Of a stretch of 64,000 nucleotides of DNA, positions 50,945-60,259 are shown in pieces. Below the pieces are notes generated by a model. That model did no database searches, was not told the DNA's origin, and saw only the letters and a list, made by a program, of their open reading frames with translations. Every line of letters begins with the position of its first letter. The stretch's first letter is position 1. Made by a program: the position numbers and the translations under genes. This DNA comes from an uncultured Eubacteriales bacterium (GTDB lineage: Bacteria > Bacillota > Clostridia > Christensenellales > UBA1242), in contig CAOQRA010000002.1 in assembly GCA_948512295.1 (NCBI GenBank), forward strand, positions 25,877 to 89,876, written 5' to 3'.

Positions 50945-51247
50945 ATGATAGCAATAATCATAAGCATTGCTGGGAGCATTGTCAGTGGGATGGTGCTTTT
51001 TTTCTTACAGCACTTTTTCAAAAAGCGACAAAAGGAAGAAGAGAGCCGAGAAGAGAGAAACCATAAAAAGGACGTGCTTATTATAAAAAGCATAAACGCA
51101 ATTGGAGAGCTCACGGTTGCAAACTCAATTGCACTTCGAGATGGAAAGACAAATGGAGAGATGAAAAAAGCACTTAGTGCTTACGAAAAAGCAAAGGACG
51201 AAATGCAAGATTTTTTAATTGAGAATTCAACAAAAAAAGGAGAATAA
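50945..51247 (+). CDS. N-terminally anchored membrane protein (lysis-module position)
   Basis: TM helix IAIIISIAGSIVSGMVLFFL, then a charged coiled region. Confidence 0.55.
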   Translation: MIAIIISIAGSIVSGMVLFFLQHFFKKRQKEEESREERNHKKDVLIIKSINAIGELTVANSIALRDGKTNGEMKKALSAYEKAKDEMQDFLIENSTKKGE

Positions 51248-51250
51248 AAA

Positions 51251-51580
51251 ATGTTGGAGATTATTTGTGTGCCAGTGATCGTTTCACTGGTTTTTTCAAT
51301 TATGGAAATTTACAAAAGATTTATTGCTAAGGACAAAGAAACACTTGTCAGAATTATTCCAATTATTGGGTGTGTGATAGGTATAATTGCCGGCATCGTT
51401 TGCTTCTATGCGTTTCCATCAATCATTTCGGCCACAAACATTTGGACGGCAATTTTGATTGGTGGTGCAAGTGGTTTGTCCGCAACTGGATGCAACCAAA
51501 TTTTCAAGCAAATGTCGAAGTTTGGTATTGAAGTGAAAGAGAACAAGGACGAACAAGATGACAGCAAAGACTCAAAATAA
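51251..51580 (+). CDS. Holin
   Basis: Three hydrophobic helices and a charged C-terminus (KENKDEQDDSKDSK). GGASGLSATGCNQIFKQ is like Gram-positive phage holins. Confidence 0.7.
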   Translation: MLEIICVPVIVSLVFSIMEIYKRFIAKDKETLVRIIPIIGCVIGIIAGIVCFYAFPSIISATNIWTAILIGGASGLSATGCNQIFKQMSKFGIEVKENKDEQDDSKDSK

Positions 51581-51689
51581 TGCATTTGAAGATGCATTGC
51601 AAATGGGAGTTTTGAAGATGCTGTTGGCAGATAAATTGATAACTTCAACGGAATTCAAACTTATTTCGGAAAGTTTGAAAAATTCTTAA
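51558..51689 (+). CDS. Possible 43-aa ORF overlapping the holin 3' end
   Basis: Hand translation: MTAKTQNNAFEDALQMGVLKMLLADKLITSTEFKLISESLKNS. No clear RBS. Confidence 0.25.
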   Translation: MTAKTQNNAFEDALQMGVLKMLLADKLITSTEFKLISESLKNS

Positions 51690-51701
51690 AAAAAGTTGCG
51701 A

Positions 51702-51732
51702 TTTTCTCTGGACTTTAGTCTTCTTTTGCGGC
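51702..51732 (+). promoter_or_regulatory. Conserved cassette-boundary element, copy 3
   Basis: TTTTCTCTGGACTT-N9-TTTGCGGC, 30 nt upstream of the first recombinase ATG. Confidence 0.5.
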
Positions 51733-51761
51733 TTCCTTGTGTTGTGAAAAAGGAGAAGTGA

Positions 51762-53249
51762 ATGAAAAGAATAATCATACACACGGCAACGCAAACAGAA
51801 ATAGTTCCGGTGTGTGCTTATGCCAGAGTTTCAACCGACAAAGACGAGCAAGAAGAAAGTTATTATGTTCAAGAAAGTTATTGGACGAACAAACTGCTTG
51901 CCGAGCCTTTATATCACTTTATAGGCATGTTCGGTGACGAAGCTGTGTCAGGAGCAACGCAACGGAAACGCAGAGGTTTCCTAGAAATGATTAAACTTTG
52001 CAGAATGGGGAGAATCAAAAAGATTTTCACCAAAAGCGTTGCAAGATTTGGAAGAAATTCAAATGAAACTTTGAAAACAATCAAAGAACTACGAGAAATC
52101 GGTGTAACAGTGTATTTTGAGTCAGACGAAATCGACACCTCACAACTGACAGATGAATTGATGCTCAGATTGAAATCAATCCTTGCTGAAGAAGAACTGA
52201 AAACCATGAGTAATAATGTGAAATGGAGCGCTAGAAAGCGATTCAGCGAGGGGAGCATCGAATTAGTAAACCTTTATGGTTACAACATAATTCGAGAAAA
52301 TAAGAGAGTTCGTTTGACAGTAAATGAAGAAGAAGCGAAAGTGGTGCGAAGAATTTTTCAAATGTACTTGGACGGAATGGGAATTCAAAGAATCGCAAAC
52401 ATCCTAACCGATGAAAACATTCCCACTAAGAAAAATAGTTTGGGCTGGTGTAGAAGTCAAGTTGCTGGCATGCTCAAGCAAGAGAAATACATTGGAGATG
52501 CTTTGCTACAAAAGAACTACACAGATGGACACGGAAAGATGATAGGGAACAAGGGTGAACTTATGCAGTTCTATGTAGAGAACGACCATGAGCCAATTAT
52601 TGACAAAGAAACATTCAATAAAGTGCAAGCAGAGATGGCTTATAGAGCCACGATAATACAAACTGACACTGTCAAAAAGTTTACAGAGTTCTCTGGGAAA
52701 ATTGAGTGTGGTCACTGCGGAAAACACTATGGAAGAAAAATCAATAGCAAAATAAGAAACTTTGGCAATGCCGGGTGGATATGTAGAACGGCAAACACAA
52801 GGGGTATGGCGGCATGCCCATCAAATACGATAAATGAAGATTTGCTAAAAGCGATAACTGTGGATGCATACAACGAGTATTTGGCAACACCAAAAGAAAA
52901 TGATAACACAGCGAGCATAGAGCAAGAAATTGCTGAACTTGTAACACAAGAAAACAAAGTTCGACAGTTGTGGCAAGATGGGAAAATTTCATACTCAGCA
53001 TTCACAAACGCACAAAAGGAACTCAAAGATAGGTACAAGGACTGCGATGACAGAATTGTACAAGAGCAAGGATTTGAGTTATACGCCAAGGAGGGGAAAG
53101 TTGCTGACAGTTACGATCCACAGATAGTGGAAAAGCACATTGAGAAAATAATAATAAACGGCTTCAAAATAAGGTTCGTTTTCAAGAATAAACAAGAAAT
53201 TGAAAAGGGGTGGAAATATGAGCATAGAAGATATTGCAAAGCCTACTAA
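51762..53249 (+). CDS. Large serine recombinase 1
   Basis: Resolvase catalytic domain (CAYARVSTDKDEQ), recombinase domain, zinc ribbon (CGHCGKHYGRK...CPS) and coiled-coil tail. Confidence 0.9.
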   Translation: MKRIIIHTATQTEIVPVCAYARVSTDKDEQEESYYVQESYWTNKLLAEPLYHFIGMFGDEAVSGATQRKRRGFLEMIKLCRMGRIKKIFTKSVARFGRNSNETLKTIKELREIGVTVYFESDEIDTSQLTDELMLRLKSILAEEELKTMSNNVKWSARKRFSEGSIELVNLYGYNIIRENKRVRLTVNEEEAKVVRRIFQMYLDGMGIQRIANILTDENIPTKKNSLGWCRSQVAGMLKQEKYIGDALLQKNYTDGHGKMIGNKGELMQFYVENDHEPIIDKETFNKVQAEMAYRATIIQTDTVKKFTEFSGKIECGHCGKHYGRKINSKIRNFGNAGWICRTANTRGMAACPSNTINEDLLKAITVDAYNEYLATPKENDNTASIEQEIAELVTQENKVRQLWQDGKISYSAFTNAQKELKDRYKDCDDRIVQEQGFELYAKEGKVADSYDPQIVEKHIEKIIINGFKIRFVFKNKQEIEKGWKYEHRRYCKAY

Positions 53250-54804
53250 TGAAAGAACTATTCGAGCGATTCCAGCACTTCAAGTTGCAAGGAATAATGC
53301 GATAAGACCAGTTAGGGAAGCCGCCTATGCTCGTGTTTCGACCAAAACTGAAGAACAACTGACCAGTTATAAGCTGCAAAAGAAATACTATGAAGAATAT
53401 ATAAAGTCAAAGACCAACACAATTTATGCTGGATTATATTGCGATGAAGAAAGCGGAAAAAGCATAAGCGGAAGAAAGGGGTTCAAGGACTTATTGAGCG
53501 ATTGTAGAGAGGGGAAAATAGACCGAATAATAACAAAGACAGTGAGCCGTTTTGCAAGAAACATGGTGGAATGCATGCAGACTGCTAGAGAACTGAAAAA
53601 CCGTGGCATAACGATATACTTTGAAAGTCAAGGACTAGACACTAAAGACGAGAGTTCATTCGTTATCCTAAGCATATTGGCAGCACTTGCAGAAGAAGAA
53701 ATCCGAACAATTTCAAACAATGTGAAATGGGGTATCCACAAACGATACAAAGAGGGCAAAGTTCACATGAGTGGACGAATGTGCGGATATGAAATCAAGG
53801 GTGGGAAGTTTAGGATAGTGCCGGAAGAGGTGGACACTGTGAAAATGATTTTCAACGATTTCCTTGCTGGCATGACAATAAGGCAAATTGCCAATAAACT
53901 GGAACAACAAGGAATACCATCACCAAGAGGGCATGATAAATGGCAACACACAACAATCCAGAGCATGCTACAGAACGAAAAGTATGTCGGCGATGTTATA
54001 TTGCAGAAAACATTCAAAGTCGATGTGCTAAGTCCAAGACAAGTAAATAACGGTCAAAGAGATAAGTACGAAATAAAAAATAACCATCCGGCAATTATTG
54101 ACAGAGAAATATTCGAAGCTGTGCAAGCAGAATTAAATAGGCGAGAATATGAAAAGATAACACTAGACAGCGAGCGAACACGATATTCGAGTCATTACCC
54201 ATTAAGCACAAAACTTGAATGCGGAGAGTGCGGAACTAAGTTCAGAAGACACAGCCAGCAACATGGAGAAAAGAAAGTTGATATTTGGGTATGCTTGAAA
54301 CACCAAAAACAAAGCGATGAATGCCACATGAAACCAATCAAAGAAAGGGTGGTTGAAGATGCATTCGTGCAAGTTCTAAACGAACTGGTTGCGGACAAGC
54401 AAAGAATTATTGACAATCTTGAGAGAAGTGTGAGGGCTATAATAACAAGCAATCCGATAAAGGACATAAGAGAAATTGAAAACAACTTGATAAGCATTGA
54501 AAGACAAATGATACAAATCAGTACACGCAGTCCGATGACACCTCAAGACCAAGTCGAGATGCAACAACTACAACAAAGAGCAACAGCACTGAGAGAAGAA
54601 ATAACCATTGCAGAGCGACTTAGAGGATCACATGATATGCTAAAACAAAGAGTGAGAGAAATCAGTCAAGTTATAAGATTACCGTATATGCAATACCGTG
54701 GCGACCTATTCCGTAGCCTTGTTGAGAAGGTAGTTATAAACGGAAAGAAAGACCTAAAATTTATCTTTAAATGCGGAATCGAAATGGAATGCCAAGTTGC
54801 ATAA
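53218..54804 (+). CDS. Large serine recombinase 2
   Basis: AAYARVSTKTEEQ catalytic Ser, recombinase domain, zinc ribbon (CGECGTKFRRHS...WVCLKH) and coiled coil. Overlaps the end of gene 1. Confidence 0.9.
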   Translation: MSIEDIAKPTNERTIRAIPALQVARNNAIRPVREAAYARVSTKTEEQLTSYKLQKKYYEEYIKSKTNTIYAGLYCDEESGKSISGRKGFKDLLSDCREGKIDRIITKTVSRFARNMVECMQTARELKNRGITIYFESQGLDTKDESSFVILSILAALAEEEIRTISNNVKWGIHKRYKEGKVHMSGRMCGYEIKGGKFRIVPEEVDTVKMIFNDFLAGMTIRQIANKLEQQGIPSPRGHDKWQHTTIQSMLQNEKYVGDVILQKTFKVDVLSPRQVNNGQRDKYEIKNNHPAIIDREIFEAVQAELNRREYEKITLDSERTRYSSHYPLSTKLECGECGTKFRRHSQQHGEKKVDIWVCLKHQKQSDECHMKPIKERVVEDAFVQVLNELVADKQRIIDNLERSVRAIITSNPIKDIREIENNLISIERQMIQISTRSPMTPQDQVEMQQLQQRATALREEITIAERLRGSHDMLKQRVREISQVIRLPYMQYRGDLFRSLVEKVVINGKKDLKFIFKCGIEMECQVA

Positions 54805-54810
54805 AACCAA

Positions 54811-54850
54811 CCCACCAAGGGCAAATTTGAGCCTTTGGTGGGCTTTTTTT
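54811..54850 (+). terminator. Rho-independent terminator after the recombinase pair
   Basis: CCCACCAAGGC...GCCTTTGGTGGG followed by T7. Confidence 0.8.
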
Positions 54851-54896
54851 GTTGCAATTATAAAGAAATAAATAAAAAAATAAAGGAGAATAAAAA

Positions 54897-56177
54897 ATGG
54901 CAATTTTAGACCAATTCAAAATCAAGGTAGACAACAACGATGTCTACAGCACAAATGGAACAATTAAAAGTTTGAGAGAAATCCACACGCACAATGGAAT
55001 CTTATTCCCACAGAATGGATTGAATAATTATATACACCCAGTATTGAGTAAAATGGGAACAAGTCCAAACGCATATAGACACATAACAAGTACAGAAACG
55101 GCGAAATTTATCAACACGGCAGAAGGCATCAATTTCATTTTTGATGCAGTGAGCGATGCAAGAAGTCCGATGGTTTCTGGGAAGCTGAAAAAGAACGGCG
55201 TTGATTATCCGGTGATGCATCCTTATATGGTGGCACTATTGGACAATTTCAGCAAAGCAAAATCAAGGAAAGCATATGCAGACGGAAGTTATACTTTGAA
55301 TCGCTATGGCGGAGTGGGCAACGCATTCAAAAATTCCGGCATCATTGAAATCCAAGGAGCAGGTGGAGGCTCTGGTGGAACAAATAATGTAAATTCAGAC
55401 TGTGCTGGCGGAGGCGGTGGAGCAGGCGGTTATGCAGCGATTTACTATCGCATCAAAAACACAACAGCAACCATTTCAATGACAATTACAAATGGCTTGG
55501 GTGGAGATGCAGGTGGGGCTGGCTCTGGCGATGGCGGTGGCGGAACAGCATCATCGGTTGCGTTTATGGTCAACAATGATTACAACTTACAATATAGCAT
55601 TGTTGCTGGTGGTGGCTTTGGTGGGCAGACTGGGAACTATAACTACACCAACGGTGGAGATGGTGGAATTGTTGCATATGTAGATATTGAGAAAGGCACT
55701 GGCATTTTGACCTTGGCAACAGGCGGAGTAGGCGGAACAAGTTCAAGATCACCATCTTCTGGTTCGGTCACAAGTGGCAAAGTCCTTTTCGATAATGCAT
55801 ATTTATTTGTTTATTTGCTCGCAGCTCAAGGTGGAGCAGGTGGTGGTCGTGGAGATGACACAGATGGAACTTGCCAAGGTCAAGCTGGGGCTGGAACGAC
55901 AGCAATGAGTTTTAGCATCCCAGTATCCCATGGAAACACAAACAATTCAGTTTCATTGCCAGCAAGGTCTGGTGGCGCAAGAGGGAGTAATGTTTCAGAT
56001 TCGGCGCCGGGTGGTGGCGGAGCGTCAGTCTTGGCAAACGGCTCAAATGGTGGAACAACAAGCACAAGCGGAAATGCTGGAACACTTGGTTCTGGAGCGG
56101 GTGGAGCATGTTGTGGAAACAATGCAAACAGAGTCGGAAGTAAAGGCGGAACTGGTGTGATTTATTATTTCAATTAA
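54897..56177 (+). CDS. Glycine-rich domain protein, paralogue B
   Basis: GAGGGSGGT...CAGGGGGAGGYAAIYY...GGARGSN...GGTGVIYYFN. AAGGAG RBS. Confidence 0.7.
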   Translation: MAILDQFKIKVDNNDVYSTNGTIKSLREIHTHNGILFPQNGLNNYIHPVLSKMGTSPNAYRHITSTETAKFINTAEGINFIFDAVSDARSPMVSGKLKKNGVDYPVMHPYMVALLDNFSKAKSRKAYADGSYTLNRYGGVGNAFKNSGIIEIQGAGGGSGGTNNVNSDCAGGGGGAGGYAAIYYRIKNTTATISMTITNGLGGDAGGAGSGDGGGGTASSVAFMVNNDYNLQYSIVAGGGFGGQTGNYNYTNGGDGGIVAYVDIEKGTGILTLATGGVGGTSSRSPSSGSVTSGKVLFDNAYLFVYLLAAQGGAGGGRGDDTDGTCQGQAGAGTTAMSFSIPVSHGNTNNSVSLPARSGGARGSNVSDSAPGGGGASVLANGSNGGTTSTSGNAGTLGSGAGGACCGNNANRVGSKGGTGVIYYFN

Positions 56178-56269
56178 AAACACACTTGGAGATACCTTCG
56201 CAATTCGAACCTGCAATTTTTTTCAAAAAAAATGATACAAATTATAAAAGAGTATGCTATAATGAATCT

Positions 56270-56530
56270 ATGGAACAAAAAGAGCTGGAGAAAGCACATA
56301 GCCATTCAATCAATAATAAGACCGAAATTCTAAGTAGCAAAGTTTGCGGTTGCTTTTATTGCAGAGAAATGTTTGTACCAACAGAGATAAAAAATTGGGT
56401 AAATGATGCAAAGCAACCAACAGCACAATGCCCTTATTGTTTCATTGATTCAGTTATAGGTGATGCAAGCGGAATAAAAATAACCAAGGCATTTTTGGAA
56501 GAAATGCATAACAAGTGGTTTGGGAAATAA
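56270..56530 (+). CDS. Small Cys-rich (CxC...CxxC) protein, possibly leaderless
   Basis: VCGCFYC...CPYCFIDSVIG. TGcTATAAT (56255-56263) ends 7 nt before the ATG, and there is no SD. Confidence 0.5.
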   Translation: MEQKELEKAHSHSINNKTEILSSKVCGCFYCREMFVPTEIKNWVNDAKQPTAQCPYCFIDSVIGDASGIKITKAFLEEMHNKWFGK

Positions 56531-56532
56531 AA

Positions 56533-56614
56533 TTTGATTTCCGCAAAATCAAAATGTCTGTCGCAAAATCAAACGAAAAAAATCAAAATCGCAAAATCAA
56601 ACGAAAAAATCAAA
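56533..56614. repeat. AAATCAAA octamer array (right), including a 27/28-bp tandem duplication
   Basis: TTTGATTT at 56533. AAATCAAA at 56546, 56566, 56580, 56594 and 56607. The unit TCGCAAAATCAAACGAAAAAA(A)TCAAAA occurs twice (56561-56615). Confidence 0.75.
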
Positions 56615-56636
56615 AGCAGACATTATGGAGTGCAAG
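56614..56636 (+). repeat. 23-bp direct repeat, copy 1 (AAGCAGACATTATGGAGTGCAAG)
   Basis: Matches 57251-57273 at 22 of 23 positions. Confidence 0.8.
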
Positions 56637-56682
56637 CCCATATAAACCAAGAAAAATATCTTCATGTTTTAAAGGGGAACTT

Positions 56683-57123
56683 ATGGTCATTATTAGATTT
56701 ACAATTAAAGAAGATTTAGAGCAGTTGCCATGGCTTTATAGACAGTATCATAATGGTGACACTCATGTTGAAACAAACCATGACGGCATGATTAAAAAGT
56801 TCGAAGAACTGGAAGGTAATGAAGATTATAAATTTGTTTCGGCAGTTGAAGGGGCTAAACTTGTTGGTTTTTGTTCGGTTGTGATTAATCATGATATTGT
56901 AGAAAGACAAAAGCCAATCATTATGTTGTGGAATTTAAGAGTTCACCCAGAATATCGAAGACAAAAAATAGGGCAAAAAATTATGAATTTTATTGAAGAA
57001 TATGGAAAACAAAAGGGAGTTGATTTCATTTTTTTTGGATGTGATGCTGAAAACCAAATTGCTAGGCAATTTTACAAACAATTAGGCTATGGCGAGGATT
57101 ATGGCTTTTACAAATATTTATAA
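56683..57123 (+). CDS. GNAT-family N-acetyltransferase
   Basis: LRVHPEYRRQKIGQKIMNFIEE acetyl-CoA (Q/RxxGxG/A) motif. GGGGA RBS. The upstream part of the track ORF is a translation of the A-rich repeats. Confidence 0.8.
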   Translation: MVIIRFTIKEDLEQLPWLYRQYHNGDTHVETNHDGMIKKFEELEGNEDYKFVSAVEGAKLVGFCSVVINHDIVERQKPIIMLWNLRVHPEYRRQKIGQKIMNFIEEYGKQKGVDFIFFGCDAENQIARQFYKQLGYGEDYGFYKYL

Positions 57124-57250
57124 TATTTAATTTTTATAATTTAAAGAGGCTTTGCACCATCAAATGAAAAATATCAAATGATATAAATCTTCCTCGCTCA
57201 CTTGTGATATTGTGGAAACACAATCACAGTTCGGCTCGTTGGTTTATTTC

Positions 57251-57273
57251 AAGCAGACATTGTGGAGTGCAAG
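57251..57273 (+). repeat. 23-bp direct repeat, copy 2 (AAGCAGACATTGTGGAGTGCAAG)
   Basis: See copy 1. Lies 38 nt upstream of the TTG start at 57311. Confidence 0.8.
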
Positions 57274-57310
57274 TTTAAATATTAGATTAAACTTTTTATT
57301 AGGAGGAAAG

Positions 57311-58753
57311 TTGGATAAGAGTATTGCTAAAGATATTGACAAACTTAGGGAAGTTAAAGTTTTTTTATGTATTTGTGCAACTGGGAAATCATATCTAGCT
57401 TCCGTAGACTCTCGATTTGTTGATGTAGACCAAGAAGAGGCAATTTACAAATTTGATTATGATGAAAACATGTCACAAGATAAATTCTCTCAAATGCAAG
57501 GACATGGCGTGATTGTTAGGCACGATAGTGAAGAATATATTCATGAGAGGGTATTGGAGCATATCAAAAACGGCAAGATTGTGCTTTCGGCGACTCATAA
57601 ACACATGTTAAAGTTTTTGGAAGAACAAAAAATACCATATGTGATTATTCAGTATTCAGAAGATAAAGTTGATTATTTTAAAAATCGTATGAGGCAAAGG
57701 GGGAATTCTGAAGATTTTATAGAGGCTATGATAGGCGGTGGACGTCGTGGAGAGGCCTATAAAAGGCATAAGTCCAATCAATATGCAACTGCGGTTTTGG
57801 ATATTTATGAAAATGAATTCTTATCTGATATTATGTGGAAGATTTTTGGACAACCTATACCATCTAGCAAAAGTGCGAGAAAAGACTTTAAGTTAAATTT
57901 GAATGACTTAAATTTGAATCGTCAAATTATTGATAAGGCATTTATTTTTTACGATTTAGATGAAAAATATAAAAGTAAAGCTTATGATTGTCTTTCCAAA
58001 ATTTTAGATTGCGATGACTTAAAAAACAAGTTTTTAGAGGTCTATAAAGTTTTGTTTTTTGGCGATGGTTATAAACTAAAAGAGTTATGGAAAATAAAGC
58101 AAACACAGGATTTATTTGGAAATAATGCTAGTGCATTTATAACGAATTTAATGATACTGCTAGCGATGCCAATTCATAAGTCTAAAATGAAAGAAATGAA
58201 ATTTAGCCGAAATCAAATAAATCGTCATAAATCAAGAGTAAAAGAGTGTTTTCTTAATGATATTGAAAATCGAAATTATAAAGGAATACGAATATCTCAA
58301 ATGCTTTGGGCGTCTTATTTTATCAATTGCAAAATAATTGAAGTGGGGATTTTGCAGTTTGAATATGACGAGGTTATAGATAAAATCAAAATACATATTC
58401 CTAGGATGCCTAAGTTGGATTTTAAAAAAGTAAAGCAATCGATAGCTAACTCCAAAAAAGAAGTGAAGAGATATTTCCATTTTGATGATAAACAATATAT
58501 TTGTAATAGTTGGTTATTAAGCAAACAATTAACGCCTATATTAAAAGAAAAATCTAATATAAAAAAGTTTCAAACTATGTTTAAAATAAATGAGGGTGAA
58601 GATTGTATCGGTGATATTTTAAATTTTGTTTACAATTTAAATAGCTGCGAAAACTTTAGTCAACTTGCACAGAACTCTTTTCTGCAAAGGGAAATCAAAA
58701 CTCAGCTGATGAAAGGAACTATCTTTAGACTGGGCTGTGGTGAATTGATTTAG
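57311..58753 (+). CDS. Hypothetical protein with an N-terminal P-loop-like motif
   Basis: AGGAGG RBS 5 nt before TTG 57311. VFLCICATGKSYLAS is Walker-A-like. The track start 57212 lacks an RBS. Confidence 0.55.
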   Translation: MDKSIAKDIDKLREVKVFLCICATGKSYLASVDSRFVDVDQEEAIYKFDYDENMSQDKFSQMQGHGVIVRHDSEEYIHERVLEHIKNGKIVLSATHKHMLKFLEEQKIPYVIIQYSEDKVDYFKNRMRQRGNSEDFIEAMIGGGRRGEAYKRHKSNQYATAVLDIYENEFLSDIMWKIFGQPIPSSKSARKDFKLNLNDLNLNRQIIDKAFIFYDLDEKYKSKAYDCLSKILDCDDLKNKFLEVYKVLFFGDGYKLKELWKIKQTQDLFGNNASAFITNLMILLAMPIHKSKMKEMKFSRNQINRHKSRVKECFLNDIENRNYKGIRISQMLWASYFINCKIIEVGILQFEYDEVIDKIKIHIPRMPKLDFKKVKQSIANSKKEVKRYFHFDDKQYICNSWLLSKQLTPILKEKSNIKKFQTMFKINEGEDCIGDILNFVYNLNSCENFSQLAQNSFLQREIKTQLMKGTIFRLGCGELI

Positions 58754-58868
58754 CACAAAAGTGCAAACAAGTATAAAAATTTAAGATAATTGAAAATGTG
58801 CAAAATTCCTTGTTAAATTTGATACAAAATACAAAACGATGTGGTATAATTTAAGGGGAGATGTAATT

Positions 58869-59651
58869 ATGAAACAATATAAACTTGAGAATACGCCGAT
58901 AGTTTATTATATTGATGACACAGCGGGCAAGGACTATGTTGTATTTTTTCACGCGGCTTTTGTAGATCATAGAATGTTTGAAAAACAATTTCAATATTTT
59001 TCAGGGAAATACAATTTGCTTGCAATTGATATTTTAGGGCATGGCAATTCAACTGAAACAAAAATAGGTGATTCTGTTGAAAAAATGTCAGATTGGCTAA
59101 ACTTAATTTTTGAAAAACACAATATAACAGCAGCACATTTTGTTGGAGTTTCATTAGGCGCAGTATTTATACAAGATTTTGCAAATAAATATCAGAACAA
59201 AATTTTGTCGCTTGCATGTTTTGGCGGATATGATATTAATAATTTTGATTTTAAAAAGCAAAAAAGTAATTCTAAAAATCAGATGAAAATGATGTTTAAA
59301 GCCATCTTTTCAATAAAATGGTTTGCAAAAGCGAACAAAAAAATATCCGCTTATACTAAAGCTGCGCAGCAAGATTTTTACAATATGAATTTACAATTTA
59401 GAAAAAAATCGTTTAAGTATTTGGCAAAGTTGCAAAAGCTTGTCAATAAGTTTCCAAAGACTCAGCGGGAATATAAATTGTTGGTTGGATGTGGCGAGCA
59501 TGACATACCTATGGAAATAGAGATAGTTAACACTTGGGCAGAAAATGAGAAATGTGATAAAATAATTTTCCAAGGTGCAGGTCATTGTGTAAATATGGAT
59601 AGGCCAAAAGAATTTAATGCTTGTTTAGAAAGCTTTTGGCAAAAGGTATAA
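58869..59651 (+). CDS. Alpha/beta hydrolase
   Basis: HGNS oxyanion region, nucleophile elbow GVSLGA, C-terminal GAGHCVN. Confidence 0.8.
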   Translation: MKQYKLENTPIVYYIDDTAGKDYVVFFHAAFVDHRMFEKQFQYFSGKYNLLAIDILGHGNSTETKIGDSVEKMSDWLNLIFEKHNITAAHFVGVSLGAVFIQDFANKYQNKILSLACFGGYDINNFDFKKQKSNSKNQMKMMFKAIFSIKWFAKANKKISAYTKAAQQDFYNMNLQFRKKSFKYLAKLQKLVNKFPKTQREYKLLVGCGEHDIPMEIEIVNTWAENEKCDKIIFQGAGHCVNMDRPKEFNACLESFWQKV

Positions 59652-59814
59652 CGCACTTAGTTTCTAATTCATATTTTTGGCTTTTAAATGCAAGATTGAA
59701 GAAAAAAAACTTATAAAGCATTTTATAATTGCAAAATTTACCATTGATTTTGCAGTAAAGTAAGCTTAGATAAAACTGAGCTAACACTATAATAACAAAG
59801 GATAATTAGTACAA

Positions 59815-60162
59815 ATGAAAATTTTATTAGATTTTGAGCAGCTTGTAGCTAATGCTCTTATAAACCAAATTAAAAATAAGGGAAAGGATAACATCGCTTT
59901 TCGCGATGCGTATTATTATGCAACCAAAGTGGCTATTAAATTGCAACGAGAGGGGCATGCGGTGGCAGTTATAAATCAAGGATTTATAAATATTAAAGTT
60001 AACAATTTATTTCATGTCGATCTTGCTAGAGAAAGGCTTGAAAAATATTCAAACGTTTCGCTAGAGCAGTTGCAGGCTCAATATCGTGCGCCGCTTTCTG
60101 CCGAGACACTTAATGCTTGTCTTGCATATGAGGAAGAAAATAAAAAAGAGAGCGAGGGCTGA
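59815..60162 (+). CDS. Hypothetical protein
   Basis: 115-aa ORF followed by a hairpin/terminator (GAGAGGAAATCAACCTCTT+T-run). Confidence 0.5.
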   Translation: MKILLDFEQLVANALINQIKNKGKDNIAFRDAYYYATKVAIKLQREGHAVAVINQGFINIKVNNLFHVDLARERLEKYSNVSLEQLQAQYRAPLSAETLNACLAYEEENKKESEG

Positions 60163-60259
60163 TTATTAAAACGACCTTTTAAAAGAGAGGAAATCAACCT
60201 CTTTTTATTTTGTGATTTTGATTTATTATGCTATACTTTAATTATCAAAGGAAAAAACA

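Larger units (their letters stand above)
10870..56180 (+). mobile_element. Integrated temperate siphovirus-like prophage (~45 kb; ends approximate)
   Basis: Contiguous co-oriented phage modules: XRE regulator, SNF2/primase/VRR-NUC, HNH, terS, terL, portal, HK97 protease and capsid, tail, holin, two large serine recombinases. Starts next to the tRNA. Host-type genes lie on both sides. Confidence 0.8.

Noticed and set aside
56515-56682. N-terminal extension of the GNAT ORF, and the 61-aa ORF at 56534-56719
   Set aside because: The K/N-rich text arises from the octamer array. The GNAT domain and its RBS begin at 56683.
57203-57230. GTGATATTGTGG (inverted) and ACACAATCAC resembling the left-end CACAATATAC repeats, as possible terminal inverted repeats
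   Set aside because: Only a 9-10 nt match is shared, which is within chance expectation for a 64-kb AT-rich window searched on both strands.
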